A program made the position numbers and the translations under genes. From an uncultured archaeon (lineage in GTDB: Archaea > Thermoproteota > Bathyarchaeia > Bathyarchaeales > Bathycorpusculaceae): a stretch of 13,624 bases of DNA. The stretch is from the NCBI GenBank assembly GCA_963810275.1, contig CAWENF010000028.1:1-13624 (forward strand), read 5' to 3'. The notes beneath the pieces were generated by a model, which had not been told where the DNA came from, made no database searches, and saw nothing but the letters and a program-made list of their open reading frames with translations. Each line of letters begins with the position of its first letter. The stretch's first letter is position 1. Shown here piece after piece: positions 7,917 through 13,624 of the stretch.

Positions 7917-9218
7917 ATGGCTAAAACCTCTGCAACTGCAGACCAGATAGAAGCTTATGGCTCACGGGAAAATTGGCCCCCATATACTTACCGTGATTAC
8001 CCAGAAATCCAACCAGAAACATACGAAGCATTCATGAAGTTTCTAAACACCGAAAACACGTCCGGTAGGCTAATGGAGCTGCAGCCGTGGGTTTCGGTAT
8101 GCGACAGCCGCTGCGCCTTCTGCTATTTCCCAACAACCGCTTCAAGAAATGTCGACATAGAAACTTACCTGAATCTGCTCAAAAAAGAGCTGGCGATGTA
8201 CGCTAAAACCAAATATGTACAAACCAGCTACTTTGACGAAATTGTGTTAGGCGGAGGAACCCCCAGCGTTTTGAGCGCTGAACAAATCATTGATTTAATT
8301 GATTTCTGCAAAGCCAACTTTAACACCAGCAAAGAATACTTCATCAAAGTCACAGGCTCATCCAAAACTTTGGCGATACCAAAAATCAAGAAGCTGGCGG
8401 AATATGGCGTTTACCAGATGGATATGGGTGCACAGACCTTTGACAACAAACTGCGCAAAGCGCTTTGCCTGCCAGACAGCGCCAAAGACGTTGAGGAAGC
8501 AATCAAGTATGCACGCAGCCTCGGCTTAGTCGTCTGCGTAGACATCATGTACAACCTGCCTGGACAAACTATGGAAAGCTGGGAAGACACGCTAAAGAAA
8601 ACAATCGAGTTAGACGCCGAAGTCGACTGCTACTCGCTACACGTTGACCCCGGAACCATTCTTGAAAAAATGATTCAAAACGGCACATCTCCACCACAGG
8701 GCGACGCAGAATTCGAAAAGCAACTCTTCATTAAAGCACATGAAACACTCACCAAAGCAGGCTACACCGCTGTGGGACACGACCGCTATAGTCGCGTCGA
8801 GTGGCACATGAGAGAAAACTGCCTAAACGGCTGGCCATGGGGCGGCATCTTAACAACAGGCGCAGGATGCTTCATGGGTTACCTGCAGAAGTTCAGCTAC
8901 TCAAACATCGAAGATATCCACAGCTACATGGATACGGTGCGTTCAGGCAAACTGCCAATCTCCAGACTGTCTGAGTCTACAATGGATGACATGATGCGGC
9001 GCACTATGTCCAGACTGTACCTAAGGTTGCCAGTGAGCAAAAAAGAGTTCATAGAGAAATTCAACACAACTCCCGAGGCAGTGTTTTCCAAACAGATTGA
9101 GAAGCTAAAAGCTGATGGCTTAATTGAAATAGACGAAAACGAAGTCCGCTTGACAAAGAAAGGCGAACTTTGGAAAGGCAACATTGCTTGGGAGTTTGCT
9201 CCCCAGGCTAAAGCCTAA
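7917..9218 (+). CDS. HemN-like (class C) radical SAM protein, function unknown
   Basis: CDSRCAFC, GGGTPS, MGAQTFD, DIMYNLPGQT, YSLHVDPGT and GAG motifs, plus a HemN_C-like end (VRLTKKG). It lacks the HemN RNFQGY and HemW HNxxYW signatures. Confidence 0.88.
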   Translation: MAKTSATADQIEAYGSRENWPPYTYRDYPEIQPETYEAFMKFLNTENTSGRLMELQPWVSVCDSRCAFCYFPTTASRNVDIETYLNLLKKELAMYAKTKYVQTSYFDEIVLGGGTPSVLSAEQIIDLIDFCKANFNTSKEYFIKVTGSSKTLAIPKIKKLAEYGVYQMDMGAQTFDNKLRKALCLPDSAKDVEEAIKYARSLGLVVCVDIMYNLPGQTMESWEDTLKKTIELDAEVDCYSLHVDPGTILEKMIQNGTSPPQGDAEFEKQLFIKAHETLTKAGYTAVGHDRYSRVEWHMRENCLNGWPWGGILTTGAGCFMGYLQKFSYSNIEDIHSYMDTVRSGKLPISRLSESTMDDMMRRTMSRLYLRLPVSKKEFIEKFNTTPEAVFSKQIEKLKADGLIEIDENEVRLTKKGELWKGNIAWEFAPQAKA

Positions 9219-9296
9219 ATCTTTATTTTTTAAAATTAATTTTGTAAAATTCAGGTTTTTTGGTATTCTGAAAAATAAAAGAAAAGGGTGGGAAAT
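9219..9296. terminator. Bidirectional T-rich termination region between convergent genes
   Basis: The plus strand has CTTTATTTTTT, TTTT and TTTTTT runs. The minus strand has CCCACCCTTTTCTTTTATTTTTC right after the stop at 9297. Confidence 0.5.
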
Positions 9297-10046
9297 TTAA
9301 TAGCCCATGCTATGCCTTTGCGGCTGGATACCGTACCATGTCATGACTTTAGCAAGAATCGGAACGATCACACCCAAAGCAATGCTTGGAACGAAACCAG
9401 TAACAATTGCCATCAGTGGATCAACTGCCCATTGACCTTGAGCCATGTTGCGTGCGGGTTCTAGCGAAATATTGTAGTTCATGAAGGCTTGAATGACAGC
9501 GGTGATTATTGCTGCTGTTAAGCCTGCGCCGAGCATGCGTTTGAAGTTTGTTGAGCCGTTGTTAAGTGCACCTGCCATGTAACCAATGATAACTGCGTTG
9601 ACTAAGTAGAAGAGCATGCTAATGTCGCCAAAGAAGTTGTAAGGAACCGAAGAATAGCCATTCATAGCTAGTGAGGTGATGCTTCCGTTGTAGATTCCGT
9701 TCAGTGTGTCTGTTGAGATTTGAATTTCGCCAAATACCATTCCACCCATAGCGTAAAGACCGTTGTATTGACCTGCATTTGCCACGTAGTAGATACCGCC
9801 CATGATGAAACCTGCAGCGCCACCAGCCCATTTATTCCACAGCAAACCCAACACAAGTGGGACACCAAGAATAATCATCTGAGCAAAGCCGCTTGTCAGA
9901 ATAACACCAATAACATCTTGACCAAGCAAATGATACTGACCGCCAATGTTAACATAGACTGCCAAGACATAGATGAGAACTGCGAGGATAATGGGTATGA
10001 GGACGCCTGCGAGGATGTCAGTTATTTTGGTTTTGTTTTCTGTCAA
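9297..10046 (-). CDS. Six-TM integral membrane protein, ECF S-component-like (paralogue 2)
   Basis: 249 aa with six hydrophobic segments. VPLVLGLLWNKWAGGAAGFIMGGIY resembles the TM2-TM3 hairpin of ECF S-components. TTG start preceded by SD-like AGGTG. The CDS is secure, but the family call is tentative. Confidence 0.8.
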   Translation of the reverse strand: MTENKTKITDILAGVLIPIILAVLIYVLAVYVNIGGQYHLLGQDVIGVILTSGFAQMIILGVPLVLGLLWNKWAGGAAGFIMGGIYYVANAGQYNGLYAMGGMVFGEIQISTDTLNGIYNGSITSLAMNGYSSVPYNFFGDISMLFYLVNAVIIGYMAGALNNGSTNFKRMLGAGLTAAIITAVIQAFMNYNISLEPARNMAQGQWAVDPLMAIVTGFVPSIALGVIVPILAKVMTWYGIQPQRHSMGY

Positions 10047-10754
10047 TTTTTTACACCTGCTTTCATTATGGGATTTAATATCCAGCGTGTTTCTGAGGCT
10101 GGATACCGTACCATGTCATGACTTTAGCAAGAATCGGAACGATCACACCCAAAGCAATGCTTGGAACGAAACCAGTAACAATTGCCATCAGTGGATCAAC
10201 TGCCCATTGACCTTGAGCCATGTTGCGTGCGGGTTCTAGCGAAATATTGTAGTTCATGAAGGCTTGAATTACTGCTGTTACGATTGCAGCGGTTAAACCT
10301 GCAACGAGCATACGTTTGAAGTTTGTTGAGCCGTTGTTAAGTGCACCTGCCATGTAACCAATGATAACTGCGTTGACTAAGTAGAAGAGCATGCTAATGT
10401 CGCCAAAGAAGTTGTAAGGAACCGAAGAATAGCCACTTACAGCTAGAGATGTAATTGAACCATTGCCGATGCCGTTTAAGATATCTGCTGAGACCATAGC
10501 TTGACCAGAAGCCATTCCACCCATAGCGTAAAGACCGTTGTATTGACCTGCATTTGCCACGTAGTAGATACCGCCCATGATGAAACCTGCAGCGCCACCA
10601 GCCCATTTATTCCACAGCAAACCCAACACAAGTGGGACACCAAGAATAATCATCTGAGCAAAGCCGCTTGTCAGAATAACACCAATAACATCTTGACCAA
10701 GCAAATGATACTGACCGCCAATGTTAACATAGACTGCCAAGACATAGATGAGAA
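9322..10754. repeat. Tandem gene duplication, 775-bp offset, with three identical blocks
   Basis: By manual alignment 9322-9494 = 10097-10269 (173 bp), 9538-9660 = 10313-10435 (123 bp) and 9737-9979 = 10512-10754 (243 bp), with no mismatches seen. Confidence 0.95.
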
Positions 10755-10824
10755 TTACTAGAATGATGGGTATGATAATGCCGCCGAAAATGTCTGCTAG
10801 TTTAAATCTGTTATCTTCTGCCAT
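10075..10824 (-). CDS. Six-TM integral membrane protein, ECF S-component-like (paralogue 1)
   Basis: 249 aa and near-identical to 9297-10046, except for the N-terminus, a loop of about 25 aa, two TM5 residues and the C-terminal tail. ATG preceded by AAGGGA. Confidence 0.8.
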   Translation of the reverse strand: MAEDNRFKLADIFGGIIIPIILVILIYVLAVYVNIGGQYHLLGQDVIGVILTSGFAQMIILGVPLVLGLLWNKWAGGAAGFIMGGIYYVANAGQYNGLYAMGGMASGQAMVSADILNGIGNGSITSLAVSGYSSVPYNFFGDISMLFYLVNAVIIGYMAGALNNGSTNFKRMLVAGLTAAIVTAVIQAFMNYNISLEPARNMAQGQWAVDPLMAIVTGFVPSIALGVIVPILAKVMTWYGIQPQKHAGY

Positions 10825-10860
10825 TTTTATCCCTTTACTTTATCTTTACATTGTGGCGGG

Positions 10861-10875
10861 TTTATAAGTTTAATG
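10861..10875 (-). promoter_or_regulatory. Putative BRE/TATA box for the membrane protein pair
   Basis: The minus strand reads CATTAAAC-TTATAAA about 37 nt upstream of ATG 10824. Confidence 0.55.
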
Positions 10876-10980
10876 CTTGAAAGCTTGGCATGTTAAAAAA
10901 TAATGGCAAATAGCCGCCATACAGGACATTAGATTCAAACACGTTATGCAGATATAGTGTTGCTTAAGTCGAGAATAGTT

Positions 10981-11010
10981 TAAAGAAAATATAAAAGGGG
11001 AAATGGGGGG
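10981..11010 (-). terminator. Pyrimidine/oligo-T terminator candidate after rnfC
   Basis: The minus strand reads CCCCCCATTTCCCCTTTTATATTTTCTTTA directly after the stop codon. Confidence 0.5.
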
Positions 11011-12291
11011 TTATTGACGCGCCATCTTAACGTTGAACGCTAGTGGCAAGTTGGCTGGGCAAACATACGAGCAAGTTCCACACATAATGCAGTCTTTAGC
11101 GTATAGTTTGGCTGCCTTCTCGAAGTCACCTTTAACGACGGCGTTGTAAATAGCTACTGGCTGCAAACGTACTGGACATGCGCTGACACATCTACCGCAA
11201 TGGATACATGCGGTTTGTTTTTTTGCTTTGGCGTGGGCTTTGTTGAAGACAATGATGCTTGAGGTGCGTTTAGTAATTGGAGCGGCAGTTTCTTGGAGTG
11301 CTGTTCCCATCATTACTCCGCCGACGACTACTGCACCAACGTTAGTGACGTTGTTTGCGCTAAGTATGTTGCTGATTGGAGTACCGATTTTCACCATCAG
11401 GTTCTTTGGTTTTGGTAAATCACCGTTCAGGGCTGTGACTCTGCTTATGAGAGGTTCGCCTTCAAAGACTGCGTTTGCGATTGCGTTCATCGTGGCTACG
11501 TTCTGGACGATGGTGCCCATTTCGTAGCTGCGTTTACCTGAGGGTTGTTCATATCCGAGGATAGCTTTTTGCATCAGGCCTGCATCACCCTGCTGATAGG
11601 TGAGGTGCAAAACGCGAACTTCTGAGTCTGGTTCTTTAGCGAATGCTTGTTGAAGTTTAGGTACAGCTTCAGCCTTGCTTTCTTTGGTGACGACGATAAC
11701 TTTGGGGTTACCCAAAATCTTGCGTACAACGCGAACACCGCGAACTAGGTTTGCGGTTTTCTCAGTCATTAAGCGTTCGTCGGCTGTGTCGTAGGGTTCG
11801 CCTTCTGCGCAGTTAACGAGGAGGTACTTGATTTTTTTGTCCGCTGGCACAGCCAACTTAACGGATGTTGGGAAGCCTGCGCCGCCCATGCCGATAATAC
11901 CGGCTTCACGGATGATTTTTAGGAGATCCTCGTTTTTGGTTGTTGCCAACTCTGTTTCTTTTATGGGTGTTATTGCTTTGTCAACGGTTTTTTTGCCGTC
12001 GTTTTCGATGTAGATAGCTTCGGTTGGTGCTTCAAAGCAGCTGTTGAATGCATTTTCGATTTTGATGACTTTACCGCAGATGGGGCTGTGAACTGGCGCG
12101 CTGATTTTGGCATCTACGTCTGCAATTTTCTGTCCGATTATAACTGCGTCACCGACTTTGACTGTTGGAACGTTGGTTGCTCCGACTTGCTGGTTGGTTA
12201 AGACTACTGCGATTTTGGGGTCTGGAAAGATTTCGATGGTTGTTTTTCGCGCGACATCTTTTACTTCTGGTATAGATACTAAGTTTGCCAT
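11011..12291 (-). CDS. rnfC: RnfC/RsxC-family flavin-binding 2x[4Fe-4S] electron transfer subunit
   Basis: N-terminal barrel-sandwich segment (VKVGDAV..GQKIA..SAPVHSPICGKV), AGIIGMGGAGFPTSVKL, NCAEGEPY.TADERLM, VQNVAT and GGVMMG. Two ferredoxin motifs, CIHCGRCVSACP and CIMCGTCSYVCP. Confidence 0.92.
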   Translation of the reverse strand: MANLVSIPEVKDVARKTTIEIFPDPKIAVVLTNQQVGATNVPTVKVGDAVIIGQKIADVDAKISAPVHSPICGKVIKIENAFNSCFEAPTEAIYIENDGKKTVDKAITPIKETELATTKNEDLLKIIREAGIIGMGGAGFPTSVKLAVPADKKIKYLLVNCAEGEPYDTADERLMTEKTANLVRGVRVVRKILGNPKVIVVTKESKAEAVPKLQQAFAKEPDSEVRVLHLTYQQGDAGLMQKAILGYEQPSGKRSYEMGTIVQNVATMNAIANAVFEGEPLISRVTALNGDLPKPKNLMVKIGTPISNILSANNVTNVGAVVVGGVMMGTALQETAAPITKRTSSIIVFNKAHAKAKKQTACIHCGRCVSACPVRLQPVAIYNAVVKGDFEKAAKLYAKDCIMCGTCSYVCPANLPLAFNVKMARQ

Positions 12292-12296
12292 TTTGT

Positions 12297-13421
12297 TTAC
12301 TCTCCAAAGGGTTTGTTTAAGCGAACTTTGTCGATAAACGGTACAGTTAGGTTCATGATTAGTAATGCAAGTAGTGAACCGCCGAAGAAGCCCATAAAGG
12401 TTTGTATCAGTATGGTCAAAACTGCTAAGCCGATGCCGAAGATGATTTGTCCTACGCCATTATACGGTGTTGTAGCGGGATCCGTTGCCATGAAGAACGC
12501 CATGAAGATTGAGCTGCCTGCGAAGAGTTCGAACAGCAGTCTTGTGGTAAAGTCTGCATCGCCAAAGATTGCTGAGAACATTACTGAGAGAATTGCGATT
12601 GCGACTAGGTAGCTTGCGGTGATTCTCCATTTGAAGTATTTGCGTCCGATAACGAATAGTGCGACACCTGCGATTATGACTGCGATGCTGCATGCTCCAC
12701 CGACCCATCCGTGGAATTTCGTTAACAACATAATTTCCTCTACACTGGGTAGAGTTTGGGCTGTGGGTAAAGCGTAGCAAGTTTGTAGGTAACCTGCAAA
12801 TGAAGAGTAGCCAGTTGGTCCGCCGTTTCCACCCACGATAACAGAGCCGATTGGACCTGACAGTGAGGGTACTTGAAGCAGGCCAGTTTTAAGGTGCCAG
12901 CTTGTGAGTAGAGTAGTGGCTGTTGCTGGAAGCAAGACAAGGAATTTAGCTGCTGCGGCAGGGTTTACGGGTTTGTGGCCAGCTAAGCTTGCGACTTTCT
13001 TGAAAACAACGAGACCTATGAGCGAGATTAATGCTATGTAGAAGAATGCGAGTGGTGCTTCGACAGGTACGCCAGTTTCCATGCCTACTGCCATGCCTGG
13101 GTAGCCGAGGGTGAAACAGTTAATTACGATTAAACCGAAGACGGCTGCTGACCAAGTGTTAACTTCGCTGTCTACGGCTAATTTGCCGATTAACAGGTCA
13201 ACGACTACGGCTATGCCGACTGCTATGAATGCGCCGAGAGCTACAGTTACACCCAAGTTCCATCCTGAGGGGGTAGTAACTTGAGACCAGAGAGCCGAGG
13301 AAACGATAGTGACTGCGAGAATTGCGAAGAAAGTAAGCTGCATTATGCGATTCTTTGTCATTGGACCATGAATGTGTGGTGCTTGGTTTACAACTAGTTC
13401 AGTTGAGTTTTCGTTACTCAT
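12297..13421 (-). CDS. rnfD: RnfD/NqrB-family membrane subunit (divergent)
   Basis: N-terminal APHIH..IM, NPAAAAK, KWRI and FFMATDPATTP motifs, with multiple TM helices. Its stop lies 5 nt before the rnfC ATG, and GGAG is embedded in its last codons. Confidence 0.88.
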   Translation of the reverse strand: MSNENSTELVVNQAPHIHGPMTKNRIMQLTFFAILAVTIVSSALWSQVTTPSGWNLGVTVALGAFIAVGIAVVVDLLIGKLAVDSEVNTWSAAVFGLIVINCFTLGYPGMAVGMETGVPVEAPLAFFYIALISLIGLVVFKKVASLAGHKPVNPAAAAKFLVLLPATATTLLTSWHLKTGLLQVPSLSGPIGSVIVGGNGGPTGYSSFAGYLQTCYALPTAQTLPSVEEIMLLTKFHGWVGGACSIAVIIAGVALFVIGRKYFKWRITASYLVAIAILSVMFSAIFGDADFTTRLLFELFAGSSIFMAFFMATDPATTPYNGVGQIIFGIGLAVLTILIQTFMGFFGGSLLALLIMNLTVPFIDKVRLNKPFGE

Positions 13422-13465
13422 TTATTCTAACCTTCTCAAATGAAGAGGTATTTCAGAGTGCTCAC

Positions 13466-13482
13466 TTATTAAACTTTTTCGC
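13466..13482 (-). promoter_or_regulatory. Putative BRE/TATA box for rnfD-rnfC
   Basis: The minus strand reads GCGAAAAAG-TTTAATAA about 45 nt upstream of ATG 13421. An SD-like GAAGGT precedes the start. Confidence 0.6.
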
Positions 13483-13488
13483 GAACAC

Positions 13489-13623
13489 TTAAAAAGCAAG
13501 CGAAAACTCCGTTCTAAAGGGTGGAATAAGACTTTTTTTCCAAAAACAGCAGAAGCACAGAAGCAGCAAAAGTGGATAACTAAGCAAAACTAATACGGCA
13601 CTGGCCTGAATATCAGGTATTGC
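13489..13623 (-). CDS. Possible 3' end of a membrane-anchored protein entering from the right (partial)
   Basis: Open frame from the window edge, AIPDIQASAVLVLLSYPLLLLLCFCCFWKKSLIPPFRTEFSLAF*. It has an IPDI motif, a hydrophobic stretch and KK, reminiscent of PEF-CTERM-like anchors. Confidence 0.3.
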   Translation of the reverse strand, partial: AIPDIQASAVLVLLSYPLLLLLCFCCFWKKSLIPPFRTEFSLAF

Positions 13624-13624
13624 C

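Noticed and set aside
9322-10754. Diversity-generating retroelement TR/VR pair
   Set aside because: Mismatches are not adenine-specific on either strand and are mostly synonymous in the first island. Both copies are intact genes, and no reverse transcriptase is present.
9322-10754. CRISPR array or IS terminal repeats
   Set aside because: There are only two long copies, both protein-coding. No short repeat-spacer periodicity, transposase or cas gene is present.
131-12940. Remaining short ORFs in the six-frame track (for example 1726-2280, 7019-7420, 9720-10121, 12460-12780)
   Set aside because: They are antisense or out-of-frame shadows of well-supported genes with no recognisable motifs. 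Duplicated ones merely reflect the tandem repeat.

Overview
Archaeal-looking, fully coding window. The TATA/BRE-type promoters, oligo-T terminators, TTG starts and membrane-anchored PQQ-like beta-propellers suggest class Bathyarchaeia (inference only). The left part has two large secreted, C-terminally anchored PQQ-like propeller proteins and three different radical SAM enzymes: a SPASM type, a cobalamin-binding class B-like type and a HemN-like class C type. The right part, on the minus strand, has a two-gene rnfD-rnfC unit with no adjacent rnfG/E/A/B, and its RnfD appears to lack the FMN-attachment motif. It is followed by two tandem 249-aa six-TM paralogues resembling ECF S-components, which share three perfectly identical DNA blocks separated by sharply divergent islands. 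The first propeller gene seems to need a non-canonical ATC start or a homopolymer slip to encode its signal peptide. No RNA genes, CRISPR arrays or mobile elements were recognised.
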